A DNA stretch of 62,838 nt, counting the filler, from Stramenopiles sp. TOSAG23-3 (lineage: Eukaryota): assembly GCA_900128585.1 (NCBI GenBank). It is 10 parts of 10 records of this genome, joined end to end, with 100 filler letters (N's around TTAATTAATTAA, not from the genome) between each part and the next. Parts side by side here need not be neighbours in the genome. Positions count along the whole stretch, not along the records: positions 1 to 9,347 come from LT642928.1; positions 9,448 to 18,751 come from LT642929.1; 8 more parts are not named here. One strand, given 5' to 3'. Below the pieces are notes generated by a model, which made no database searches, was not told the DNA's origin, and saw only the letters and a list, made by a program, of their open reading frames with translations. Shown here one piece after another: positions 1-11,612 of the stretch. The position numbers and the translations under genes were made by a program. Position 1 is the first letter of the stretch, and every line of letters starts with the position of its first letter.

Positions 1-134
1 CTCTTTTTTTTTGTATACTACGAACTCTTATTGGTTTTTCTTTCTGTAATTTGGTTGAACTATTATTTATTTATTTTTATTATAATATTATTATTAGACT
101 ATTATATTTTTATTTTTTTCTCTCTTCTCTTTTT

Positions 135-274
135 TCTTCTTCTTTTCTTCTTTCTACTTCTTTTTCCTTCTTCTTCTTCTTTCTTTCTTCTTCTTCCTTC
201 TTCTTCTTCTTCTTCTTCTTTCTTTCTTCTTCTTCTTTCTTCTTCTTCTTCTTCTTCTTCTTTCTTCTTCTTCT
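135..274. repeat. (TTC)n-rich polypyrimidine microsatellite
   Basis: Imperfect TTC/TTTC run read directly. It creates the spurious S/F/L-rich ORFs at 31-357. Confidence 0.9.
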
Positions 275-2242
275 TGATTGATGAAAAAATTATGTTTTGG
301 TTTCCTACCTACTATTCCCCTCCTCTTTCTAACTCAGTTATTTTATTTATTATTTAAACGAGAGAGAAGAGACAAATGTAAAATAATTATATCATAATTA
401 AATTATAAAACCCACTATTAAATAAATAGACTACGAGACTCTCGTAGTCGTATAATAAGAGGAAGAAGAGCAAATAGTAAAGAAGCAAATACGAAGGAAG
501 GGAATAGTCGTCTACGTATTTGAAGAAGAATGGAATTTTTATAATCTGCAGCACAGCAACAGCAGCACAAACCACACCATAAAAGTGTCTTTTAACTACT
601 CTCGTACACAGTTTAAATAGGAAAAGGATTGAATACGTAGATTACTAATACATAACACTACGGAGAGTGCCAGATGCCAGAGAAGGAAGGAGGATTGGAG
701 CTTTGCATTAACAACAGTACAACTTGAAAAATTCAAAGAAAAAAAATTTCTTTTTTATTTTATTTATAATTACAGTAATGTAATAATATCTCTCTCATTA
801 CGTACTGTAGACCGACCGACCGTGCATTTCTTTTATCTCTTTCTCTTTCTTTTATCTCTCTTCTCTTTCTCTTTCTCTTTCTCTTTCTCTCTCTCTCTCT
901 CTTCCTTCGTTATTGTTACAATAATTAATAATTATATTTTATCTATCCAAAGGAGGCAGAAGTCTTAGAGAGTCTCAGTTGACAAACTATAGTAGCTATA
1001 AGGTTTATATGAATAAAAGGATGAACACCAACTCCATTGGGGTTGAATAAAAATCCAACGAATATTTTATAGCCTGAAAATACAATTGAAATAATCGAAA
1101 ATTTAATATATACATAAACACAACATTAATAGTATGTGTATATAAATCAATTATGAACGAAAGGAGACGGACGACTGGTTGAACCATTGTGTACCTGTTA
1201 CTAATAGTACTTACATATCAATATATATTTATGTACCTTAAATCATTTTTATCAACTTACCATTTTTGTTTCCAATTAAATTATACTTATAATAATTATT
1301 AGAATAAGAAGAAGAATTTACTTTCGAACACTCCAGCCTATTAAATAGAGTGAGTACCGTAGTAGTATTTTAGCTAGATAGCAATAGCTGAGGAATCGAT
1401 TGGCTCTTAGAAAAAGCCATCCTTTTCGTTTCCTTGCTATTTCTACACTATGGATATATCATAAAGGACACAGCCTTTGTATAGTATACATAACACAGCA
1501 TATATGATGCAACTCTCTCTCTCTTTCTCTCTCTCTCTCTTCATAATCTTTTTATTTTTATTTTTTCCTTTTTTTTGTTTCTCCTTTTCTTATTTTTTTT
1601 CCTTTTTGTTGTTGTGTGTTGTTGTTGTTTTAAAAAAATAAATAAATTATTTTTTTTATTACATAATAAATACTGCTTGCTGTACTGTAATATTATTATT
1701 ATATTTTATTATTATTTATATTATAATATGTCTCTCTATTATTAATATGTTTGCTTGTTTTGGCACTTTGCATTTTGCATTTCGCACATGGATATAGTTG
1801 CATTTCCACAGAAAACAATCAATGCGATTGAAATATTTCTCAGGTTGCTGATATTTACTTGCATCTTGTAACAAACGTTATAAGAAATTTGTAATCGGTA
1901 GTTTTTGGTGCTTTCCACACACACGCACACACACACTTTGTCGAAAGGACTTTGTTTGTTTGTTGGTAAAAAGGTTGAGGATTCAAGGGACTGTTGTCTG
2001 TTTTCGTCAACGTAAAAAGAACTTTGTGTGTTGCTCCGGGGTTTTTTTATTTGTTCGTTGTTGTTTCTTTTTTAAGTCTTGAAACGGAAGCGGGGCTTTT
2101 CGAAATACTTTTCGTTTTGCTTCAAAGGTTGAACGGTAGGGTGAACGGCCTAAAAATCACAAATATAATAGCGGAGTTGGTAGTGCGTGTGTTGCGTGCA
2201 GCAAAATAGTAGTGTGGTATATCATAAACAGAAAGGAAAACC

Positions 2243-2467
2243 ATGTCCGAGGGAAGTGCAGTGGACAATGTAAGGAAGGAAGTAGCAGCCTTGGAGACTC
2301 AACTTGAGCTGTTGAAAGGCCTGAAAACCCCAGAGGAAGGCGCGTCGGAATTTGTGGATTTTGTAATGAAGACGAACGAGCCGTTCTCACCAAACCCCTT
2401 GGAGAGTGACCGGGAAAACCCGTGGAAGGAAACGAACGCGGGCGGAGGGTGTTGCATCATCGCCTAA
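2243..2467 (+). CDS. Heterotrimeric G-protein gamma subunit (GGL domain)
   Basis: 74 aa with an N-terminal coiled helix, 'EPF', 'ENPW' and a C-terminal CCIIA CaaX box, the canonical G-gamma layout. Confidence 0.85.
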   Translation: MSEGSAVDNVRKEVAALETQLELLKGLKTPEEGASEFVDFVMKTNEPFSPNPLESDRENPWKETNAGGGCCIIA

Positions 2468-2811
2468 ATCGACGCGTATAATACATACGTACACAACACA
2501 CATTGGTGAGAGCGTGGTCGTGTCTCAACGAAAGTGTACGTTTGGGTGACGAGGGATTGGGCCGTTGGTTCCCTCGGGGCACCGGCTCTTATGGCAAAAT
2601 ATGCGCGCAGGGAAGATAACAAATTTTTAAATCCAACATTTAAAAACTCAACGTTCCGCCGTCGTAAAAAAAAAAACCCTAATTTCTCAGTGTTAAGAAG
2701 TCGTAGAAAAAACTATTTTTTATACTGTACTTTTTGCCTAAGATACTACACGTACTTAATTAAGTGTACACACGCCTCTGCCTACGGGGAGGGCTGCAGG
2801 CCCAGCACGCC

Positions 2812-4342
2812 TCAAACAATTTGGCAACACCCATCGTCCGAAGACGTGGAGGCCTTCTTGTAGGTGATCTGGTTCGTTCCAACGCCAACTGCGTTGTCGT
2901 TCACGGCCTTCTTTGCGTTTACCACCATTTTACACGCTGGGTTCACTTTCTTAAAGTAGTCCACGATCTTCTGAATGTCCAGCTTGTTGTTCGATATGTC
3001 TATTCTTGCAAGGTACGGAAGGTGGGCCAGGACCATGATTTCCGTGCTGCTTTTCAAATTGTTGTTGTTCAAATTCACCTCGGTTAAAAATACGCAGTGT
3101 CGCAGCTCGGAGATGGTGGTCAAATCGTTCCCGCCGACGTCCAAGTAACGCAAGCTTTTCAGCGTCTCGACCCCTTTCAAGTTTCGAAGGTCGCTGAACC
3201 GCATGTTCAAAAATGTTAGCCTCGGACAATTGGTCAACCCCTCCATTGTCTTGAACTCGTTGTTGTGCAAGTCGAGCCACTCCAACGATTCCATGCCTTC
3301 CACGCCGTGCAAGTCCTTCAAATCGTTGTCCGACACGTCCACCCAGCGAAGGTTCCTCCCGTGGCCGAGCCCGTACAGCGACTTGATCTCGTTGCTTCGC
3401 AGGGTCAAGCGCATTAAATTGGGGAATTTCTCTAAATTCTGGATCACGGCCACGTCGTTGTTCCACAAATTCAGGTGCGTCGCGTTCATGCAGTTCACCG
3501 CAGAGCTCATCTTTTCGGAGACCCACACGTCCGTCGTGGTCTCGTCGGAGTCCGAATAGTCGATGGTGACCTCCCCGGACGGCCCGCCGCCTTGGACCAC
3601 GACGCACTGGGCGACGACCGGCCTCGGCTCTTGGACCACCTTCACGTCCACCGCAATCGGAATACCGTTCGCGTTGTACACGCTCGGCTCAGGGGCAGTG
3701 TAAACGAAGCTGCAAGGGACGACCATCTGGTTCGGATCGATAAACTTTGGGTCCACCACAGAAATGTCGGCGACCGGGGCGGCGGTAACGACTGTGCTCT
3801 TTTCGTCCACCGGGGCGGCGACGACCGTCGCTACCGCCTGGACGGCAGCCGTGGAGATCTCCGCCGCGGATGGGACCACCACGGCGTCGACAACGATCAG
3901 TACCGGCGCGGGCGGCGCTACCACGGGCACGACCTCCGACGCTGGCGCCGTGAACAGATATGGCGGTGGTATGGCTGGGGGAGAGACGAGGGGGAAAAGG
4001 GAAAGAAGTGCAAGAACAAGTTAGTTGAAAGAACATGAGAGAAAAGGAGAATCGCTTGCAATACTTACTCTGCCCTGGGTAAGCAGGGGCGGGGGTAACA
4101 GGGGTTGAAAACAGCTGAATGATGGAGAAATACACTTGGGCGACTGGTACCGTCCATACCCCCCCGTTCTGACCACCAACTTGGTTGAATTTAGCCAGGC
4201 AGACCGCCTTTACACCGTCCACGGTGCACACGCAGTCGCCCTCCCCAAGCAAGCCACGGCGTAAGGCCTGCAAAGCGCTCAACAATGCCTCCGTGGTCGT
4301 CGCTTGGTTTACTCCATCTGCGTACGCTTGAAAAGGGGCCAT
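2812..4342 (-). CDS. Leucine-rich repeat (SDS22-like) protein with Pro/Val/Ala-rich linker and C-terminal CaaX; two exons (4342-4069, 3974-2812)
   Basis: Repeated LxxLxLxxNxL units and a CCQIV end. Removing the 94-nt intron joins MAPFQAY...PGQ to T-IPPPYLFTAPASEVVPVV in frame. Confidence 0.8.
3975..4068 (-). other. Spliceosomal GT-AG intron (94 nt)
   Basis: GTAAGT donor, CTAAC branch site, long pyrimidine tract and CCCCAG acceptor. Its removal restores the reading frame. Confidence 0.85.
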
Positions 4343-4911
4343 TCGAACGGTCCGTGACAATGAATTTGTTTTCCACAGTGCGTTGGTTTGACCCGTTCGT
4401 TGGTCTTACTCTGTTTCTTTTGAACCTTTTGAGGAAGGTAAGTGTCAAACTTTTGGTGGGAGTGGATTGGGTTGGAATTGGAATTGGTGGCAATTGATGG
4501 GGGGGGGGGAGGGGGGAAGAGAAGAAGAAAGAGAGAGCTATTTACATATTATGCACCACTTTTCCGTCACCACTTTAGTGTTACAAAAAGGGTATTATAA
4601 AAAAAAAAAGATTTTTTTATTAAATAAATATAATTAAAATAGTCTAAAAACACAACAACAACAGCAGCAACACAGCATCAGAGAATTAAATATTGAATAA
4701 TGGGAGAAGATCCTCCTCGTACTACTTGGTACTATACAGTACAAATAATATTTTCGTCGTAATAATAGAATTTTTTAACTTATTATTTTGACAAACAAAC
4801 AGGGTATCGCATTTGCGCAACACCTTGGACTGCTTTCAGTTTGGAACGTTTCGTAAACAGCGAGACGGTAGCTTATCTCCCTCGTATTGCATAGCATAGA
4901 ATTCAAGCCAT

Positions 4912-6381
4912 TTAAAAGTCTTCGTTGTTCAAGAACTTTTTTATCATTGTCAAGGCAAAGTGAGGCTTGAAAGTTGGAAGCATATGACCACTTCCCTGGA
5001 CCGTGACGAACTTAAAGTTCGTCGCCACGTCATACTCAACGGCGTACCCTGCCCGCTGAAGACCTTTTCGAGTCAGGTGTTCTGCTTGCCACGGATGCCA
5101 GTCTTTCTTTATTGGAAACCCGAGCTCGCGGGTCCATTCTTCGGTTCCCCAGTACGGTATGCAAGCGTCCGTGTCACCACTGTAGATGAGAATGCGGTAC
5201 TTTTGTGCGAGCGATTTGTACAAAGGACGGAGGTCCCCACTGACTTGAAATGGTCCCCAATTGTACTTCATCCCCTTTGTCCCGGTCTTGACGTGCAAGG
5301 CCTCTGCAACGGATTTTTGCGCCAGCCATTTCGAAGCGGCAGACATTCCCCCGCAAGGGTAGTCGTTCAACCCCCCGGTCAGATCTTTCTCCCCAGCGAG
5401 CTGGGGGTGGCGGGCAGTGGATGTTTCGTCGTCAACCGTTACGGTCGTCGCGCTCATTTTGTCCCGCATCTCGAAATGCGTCATGTCCCCGCCACAAGTA
5501 TCGTAGATGTTGTAAATGTTAAAGGTTCCGACTTTCGAGTTCATTTCGCTCAGAAGCTTCTTGCACTCTGCTTCCTTGACGTTCTCGTCCGAGAAGTTTC
5601 CGCAGGACTCGACAATGTTGTTGTACAGCACTTGGTCGTACATGCCGTGGCCTTGGTAGAACTTAGCGGAAATTTCGGCGGACTTCCCCGTCTGGAAATT
5701 GCACATCCCAACTTTGGTCCCCCAGCAACCGTCGCCGATGGCGGCGCCTTTCAAATTCGGGACGCCTCCTCTCTTGTCGATTTGGTCCATGAACATAGGA
5801 ACGTATATTCCCCCGTACGACTCAGCGGTCAAGTAGAAATCGTTCGCCTTGTACTCCGAGTAAAGGTCGAAAAAGTTGGTTATGAAGTCATAAAAGTCTT
5901 GAGCTGCGGTCAGGTCGTTGTTGATGCACTCTTTGTCGTCTGGTATATCGCAGTAAGAAAACCCGACCCCCTTGGGCTGCGAAACGTACACAACCGACGC
6001 AACCTTTGACCAGGCATAAGGGTTGTCGAACAGTTTGATCCCGCTTGTCGACTCGTTGACCAGGGAGGCGTCGGACAGGTGCACTCGTCCCATTTCTGTA
6101 AGTAGCCCCGCAGCGATTCCAGAACCTCCAGGCCCGCCGTTTGTCCAGTAGACAACTGGGTCCTTCTCCGGGTTACCCTGGCTCTCAATGAACCAGTAAT
6201 GAATGAACCCTGGTGTTCCGCTCGTTTTTCCGACTGGAATGTACCCGGAGTACATCGATGGAAGCTCTCCTTCCCATCCTGGAAGTTCCGTTATCTTATC
6301 GGCGTCCACCTTGGCGTCCGCGAAAGAAACCAAACAGAAGGCCGCCAGGGCGACCGTCAACAGCAAGCTTGCTCTTGGCAT
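4912..6381 (-). CDS. Serine carboxypeptidase (peptidase S10), secreted or lysosomal
   Basis: Signal peptide MPRASLLL..., YSGY, WTNGGPG, catalytic (A)ESYGG, YSGDTD and GSGHM motifs. First ATG at 6381. Confidence 0.93.
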   Translation of the reverse strand: MPRASLLLTVALAAFCLVSFADAKVDADKITELPGWEGELPSMYSGYIPVGKTSGTPGFIHYWFIESQGNPEKDPVVYWTNGGPGGSGIAAGLLTEMGRVHLSDASLVNESTSGIKLFDNPYAWSKVASVVYVSQPKGVGFSYCDIPDDKECINNDLTAAQDFYDFITNFFDLYSEYKANDFYLTAESYGGIYVPMFMDQIDKRGGVPNLKGAAIGDGCWGTKVGMCNFQTGKSAEISAKFYQGHGMYDQVLYNNIVESCGNFSDENVKEAECKKLLSEMNSKVGTFNIYNIYDTCGGDMTHFEMRDKMSATTVTVDDETSTARHPQLAGEKDLTGGLNDYPCGGMSAASKWLAQKSVAEALHVKTGTKGMKYNWGPFQVSGDLRPLYKSLAQKYRILIYSGDTDACIPYWGTEEWTRELGFPIKKDWHPWQAEHLTRKGLQRAGYAVEYDVATNFKFVTVQGSGHMLPTFKPHFALTMIKKFLNNEDF

Positions 6382-7444
6382 TATGAAAAGACTGGAATGT
6401 GTAAGAGGGTTGAATATAAGTGTACCAATTTGAGAATAATATAATCCTTGCAAAAGGATAAGTGAGAAAATGATTTATTTTTCGGCGAAACAAAACCAAT
6501 CGTGTGATTTCTTTATTTGTATTATTTCCAAATGGAAATGTTGAAATTTTGATGGTGGTGATCAGTTTGAAAATAGGTACCGTACCGTAGGAGGTTCTTC
6601 TTTTTTTTTTTTTTTTATTATTATTTTTTTTTTCATTTTTTCCTTCTTCTTCTCGTTCTTCTGTGTATAATATGTAAAATCAATGCTGTGTGTATATTCA
6701 TTCGATCAAGACGACCCTGCTTTTTTTCTTTTTTTAAATCATCGTGTCTTTCTTCTCACTGTGTAATGTGTAATACCTACCTGTTAAAATGCATTATAAC
6801 ATATAATATTTTTATTAAAGAAGAAGAAAAAAGAAGAACAAATTTTTTAATTAATTTCTCCTCCTCCCTTCTTCTTCTTCTTCTCTTCTTCTTCTTCAAG
6901 ATAAATAAAATATTGTTCTTGATCGTCGTAGCTAGCCGGTATTAATATTATTTTTTACGTATGTTAGTAGAATTTCTGCTCCTCCTCGGCCGCGGTCGGT
7001 TATTATTAGACTATAATTACCCTTGGTACCAGTATCAGCTGCTCACCCACCACACAACGTATTATAAAATTTTATTATTTTTTCTTCTTCTTCATTCATC
7101 GTCGTCGTCGTCGGTGAAAAAAAATTGATAGATAATGTAATATAAAATTATTAATATAATAATATATATTGTGTAATAATAATTGACAAATCGAAGAAGA
7201 AAGAGAAGGAAAATAGTTCAAACAAAGTGGAAATACTACCTGCCACGATATAGATGTAAGAACACAGGCAACAATAAAGGAACGAGCAGCAGGGTTTGAG
7301 CTGAACAAAAAGAACGAACGTAGATACTTTCTGTGACGACTAGTGCATTGCTACGGTTCATTTGGAACGGTCGGTCGAAGGGTGCGTTTTGACGTTAAAT
7401 GTTTTGGGCTCTCGTTGGCCATACCAATCACGTTGTTAGAAACC

Positions 7445-8893
7445 ATGACAAAATCGAAACGGTTGAGAAGTTCGGAGGACACCCTTTCTGCGTTTGCCTT
7501 TGGGGCGACGATGTTTTCGTCCGCCTGCCTGAACAACCTCTTTGTGACGTACTATTTGGAACTGTTTCTGTACGTTCAGAAAGTTGACCCGTGGTGGTTT
7601 TATATTGGCCAAATTTTGTTCATGGTATGGAATAGTATCAACGACCCCCTGTTTGGTTGGCTCTCGGATATATTTTCGCCGTTCTCTTACCGATCTAACC
7701 GACGCCTTGGAGCAATACGCTACGGCGGTTGGCTGTGGGTCGCCGCATTTTTGTACATTTGGTGGATACCCGGCTCGCTGGCATCCCCCACTGCGTCAGG
7801 GCTCCACTTCGTAATTTCCCTCTGCTTTTACGACTGCATGCTGACGTTTGTAGAAGTCAACCACTCGGCCTTGCTAGCAGAGCTATCGACCTCCAGCGAA
7901 GTTCGTGCCAACGCCAACATGTATGCTGCCATCTGCGCGGGGCTTGGGTCGCTGTCCGCGTTCTTTTCCAGGATGTTCTGGTCGCGGGACGACCTGTACG
8001 CGTTTCAGAAGTACTGTGTTGTGATTGGACTGTTGGCCCTCGTCGGGTTTGAGATTACGGCCGCGTATCTGCATGTTCCGAAGTTGAGCAGGGGGAAGTA
8101 CACGGAAGCCCGCGTGTCTTCGCAAGAGCATGAGGTCCACTCTGCTGCGACCAGATCATCAAGTCTGTCGTTTTTCCAGTTCCTGCGTCAGCTGTTTCAG
8201 TCGCACAATTTTGTGTGCTTCTCTGTTGTGAGCCTCTTCCAAGTGTTTGACTGCGCGTTCGGGAAGAACTTCTTCTCGATATTTTTGGCAGATTTTTCGG
8301 GCAACGCGCTGTCTCCCAATGCTCAGGGGTTTGTAGTCTCCCTTTCCTTCGTTCTTCCGTGGGTATGCACTGTCTTTCTGACGCCCATTGTGAAAAAGGT
8401 TGGGGCGTACAATGTCATTCAAGGCATTTTTAAAGTAAGGATTTGCATCGTGTTTGTGGGCCTCTTCTACGCGTTGAGCACATCGAAAACATCGTGGCTC
8501 TACTTGATGGTGAACCGTATTGCCTCCGAGTGCGTCTGCAGGTTGATGCCGCTCATCAAATCGAACCTTGTCGACGAAGACGCGTATCTTAACTCGCGGG
8601 AGCGGGCAATGAGCGCGTCCGTTATTGGTTCATCGGAGTTTATTTCAAAAGCCGGACAGTCATTGGCACCCATGTTGGGGTACTTTATATTGCGCCGAAG
8701 CGCCAATTTGGTCGCCCCAGGGGACGGAAACGCCGAGTACCAGACGTTCTGGCCGAGCGTGTCGATTGCACTCTTGCCCCTTTTCGTTGTGCTTATCCAG
8801 CTTTTCGTGTGGGGTAAGTTTCAACTGCGAGGGCAGCAACTGAAGATCATCCGTGAGAACGCTCGAAAAAACGACTCCTTGTCCAGCGTTTGA
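7445..8893 (+). CDS. MFSD13A: MFS transporter, MFSD13A/TMEM180-like
   Basis: Multi-TM protein with WNSINDPLFGWLSD, 'LTFVEVNHSALLA', 'LVDED' and 'KAGQSLAPMLG' signatures. ATG at 7445. Confidence 0.8.
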   Translation: MTKSKRLRSSEDTLSAFAFGATMFSSACLNNLFVTYYLELFLYVQKVDPWWFYIGQILFMVWNSINDPLFGWLSDIFSPFSYRSNRRLGAIRYGGWLWVAAFLYIWWIPGSLASPTASGLHFVISLCFYDCMLTFVEVNHSALLAELSTSSEVRANANMYAAICAGLGSLSAFFSRMFWSRDDLYAFQKYCVVIGLLALVGFEITAAYLHVPKLSRGKYTEARVSSQEHEVHSAATRSSSLSFFQFLRQLFQSHNFVCFSVVSLFQVFDCAFGKNFFSIFLADFSGNALSPNAQGFVVSLSFVLPWVCTVFLTPIVKKVGAYNVIQGIFKVRICIVFVGLFYALSTSKTSWLYLMVNRIASECVCRLMPLIKSNLVDEDAYLNSRERAMSASVIGSSEFISKAGQSLAPMLGYFILRRSANLVAPGDGNAEYQTFWPSVSIALLPLFVVLIQLFVWGKFQLRGQQLKIIRENARKNDSLSSV

Positions 8894-9347
8894 AGGTAGT
8901 ATGGTCTTTGGTGCACAATGTTATCGAACAAGTCTTGTGATATTCCAGTCGTTTTATAATTATTATCGAGAAGTTTTTAAAAAGTCATTTTTGTTTTTTG
9001 TATTTACAAAGAAGAAAAGTACGACCGGACCAATAATAGCATTCGTATATTCTATGGTAAAATATAAGACCTAATTGTAACTCTTATCAACATGCTCTTA
9101 CAGCACGGGAATCGCATCTGCGGTTGGGGTTCCAAAAACCATTTCAATTACCTTGGCGCGAATAAAAATCCGACTCGATTTTCAAAGTATGGAAGCGTTC
9201 GGCCAGAAAATGACAAATGAAAGCAAGGGAAACAAATAACTGTATAAGTTTAGACCAGGCAATCGTTCCGATCACAATGTCCGGCCCCAAACGAACGTTT
9301 ATAAATTGTTTGCCCTCCATTGACTTGGAATTACGGTTCCTAGGGAC

Positions 9348-9447
9348 NNNNNNNNNNNNNNNNNNNNNNNNNNNNNNNNNNNNNNNNNNNNTTAATTAAT
9401 TAANNNNNNNNNNNNNNNNNNNNNNNNNNNNNNNNNNNNNNNNNNNN
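9348..9447. other. Artificial contig linker (N44-TTAATTAATTAA-N44); identical linkers at 18752-18851, 28151-28250, 37547-37646, 46914-47013, 56266-56365, 57911-58010, 59554-59653, 61197-61296
   Basis: Exactly 100 bp with a six-frame stop core. The flanking contigs are sorted by descending length. Confidence 0.97.
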
Positions 9448-10366
9448 TAATTAATTACGAAATATGAGGTAGCAACCGGTACAATGATGACTATTAAAAC
9501 AACACTGTGATACTGTGATAGTCTAATATCTCCAAATACTTTGTTGTTATTTTATTTATTATTTTTATTGTATTTTGTTATACTGTTAATAGTTTGTATT
9601 GTTTATTATATTTTTTCCAACGAATACGTAAGTAGCTATAAATAATAATATGCTTTCGTACGTATTAATACATGACTCTCTATTTTATTAGTCGTTCTAA
9701 TAGTCTACGAGTATAATTATTATTCATCTATGAAATTCGATCATCGGTCTGGATCTGGTCTGGGTCTGGCATACGAGATTCTCCTCGTATACGACTACTA
9801 TGAGGATAGCATGAGTAATTGTGACAAGACACTGCTAAGTAAAATAACAACAACAAATATCTCGTACTTAAAACTAGACTAGACTATTGTAATGTATTCT
9901 AAATTATTATATTCATTTGCTGCCATTTGTCAGTTACATCATCGTCTATCAAGTTCGTATTACAAATCCCTACTAACGTAGTTAAATATGGTATTTATGT
10001 ATTTATTCAATATCATGATGACACGCAGCACGCAGCACGCAGGACTTCGGGTACGTACGTTATAAAAAAAAAGAAGAAGAAGAAGACACTCTTTTTTTCG
10101 TTTTTTTTTTTTTTTTTTTATTATTATTGTTTTTTCGTTCGATGTTGTACTAATTATTATACTGTATAATAATTAAAAAATATATAATTTTTATTGAACT
10201 CTTCTCTTTTTCTACCTTTACATTGTTCTTGTGTGAAAGAAAGTTCGAAGCAAGGTTTTCATGAATATAGAATTTAGATCACTTTCTACAAATAGTTTTA
10301 TTGCGTGCCTTTCAATTTTGCGTGTAGTTATTGTACGAGCGGCTAGAACTGAACGGGTACAGAAAC

Positions 10367-11065
10367 ATGGTCGACTGTTTACGTTTTACTGACCTTACGG
10401 CGGCACAGCTGGAAACGCTACAAACCGTTACTGAAGCCGAAAAGTGTAAAGACTTGTTAGAAAAATACATTGGAACGAGTTCTCGCGCAAATAGTTCTAG
10501 CGCGTCTATAATAGTTGACTTTCATTTCTACAACCTGGCGTTTTGCCGACAAGCTGGTTTCTCCCCAGAGAAAGTGTCGACCTTCTGTAGTATTATGAAA
10601 CAAGTTTTGGCCAGCGATGTGGGCGCGGTGCACCGACGTTGTGAGCACAGCTTTGAGAAGTTTAAAGAATTAATGTTGAAACATAGTGTATGGAGACCCC
10701 CGCGCAGCGAAGGGGTGTTTTCGAAAGAAGATGTTAAGAAAATTGCGACGTACGTAACCACTAGCTATTACCGACACTTCAGTCTTTACCGGGCGGTCCT
10801 GGCCAAGCGAGCCCAACTGTTTCTGGAGCAGAAAAATATTGGCCTAGTAGAGCATCCCAAACTCCCCGCACCACTCGATGATGGGATGGAAGTTGTGGGC
10901 GGAATTGATGACGTTGCGCTTACGGACGAGGAGAACGCATTGGTGGAAATGGTTGTTGAAAAAACGATGGCCACCTCGAGGCAGGAATATGAGTCGAAAA
11001 AGCTTGAAATATCCACGAAGTTAGCGGAGTTAGAGCCTCCCCCGGAGGAAGAAACTGATGAGTAA
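10367..11065 (+). CDS. CFAP119: Flagellar central-pair C1a subunit, CFAP119/CCDC189-like
   Basis: 'DFHFYNLAFC..AGFS.EKVSTFCSI', 'LKHSVWRPP.S.GVFS' and 'TSYYRHFSLY' match this family from memory. ATG at 10367. Confidence 0.78.
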   Translation: MVDCLRFTDLTAAQLETLQTVTEAEKCKDLLEKYIGTSSRANSSSASIIVDFHFYNLAFCRQAGFSPEKVSTFCSIMKQVLASDVGAVHRRCEHSFEKFKELMLKHSVWRPPRSEGVFSKEDVKKIATYVTTSYYRHFSLYRAVLAKRAQLFLEQKNIGLVEHPKLPAPLDDGMEVVGGIDDVALTDEENALVEMVVEKTMATSRQEYESKKLEISTKLAELEPPPEEETDE

Positions 11066-11612
11066 GTAATTCTTTGTGAAAATGACGGAGAGTGGTGGTG
11101 GTCGTATGCAAGTAAGACGAATCCCTCTGGTGAATGGCTTGGTCGTCTTGTCAGTGTGTGTGATCTAGAGTGTTTAAAAAAAGTAAAACATTATGTCGAC
11201 AAATATAACTAAAACACATTATATTAATATATATTTTTTTTTTACATTAGGCATAATTAAACAACTAAATACCTAGTTAGTGTACTACTTGGTACCAACA
11301 AAAACGAAGAATAATAATGGAAAAAAAAATAATACCACAGCAGGAGTAATAACGAACGGGGGTGCGCATAGTAGAGAGGTATTATTGATATTTAATAATA
11401 TTAAAAATTATAATAAAATATCATATTATCATATTGTGTACATGTTAATACAATAAAAGAGTTATACACCCCGCGATCTATTTGATGATGATTGACTGCT
11501 TGATCATCTGTCTGCTTTGCTATTTATCAAAAAGAACATTTGCAATTTCCGATACATTTACATTGCCAAATTAAGCATGCAAGACCGTAACGTTTACCCC
11601 GTTTACCCCCTC

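Noticed and set aside
31..357. S/F/L-rich or E/K-rich ORFs (also 18305-18553, 20033-20320, 41503-41813)
   Set aside because: Translations of TTC/GAA microsatellites.
4960..6009. Long antisense or alternate-frame ORFs over GC-rich genes (also 38410-39327, 51520-52284, 56537-57424, 59657-60370)
   Set aside because: Shadows of codon bias in the real genes, with no recognisable motifs.
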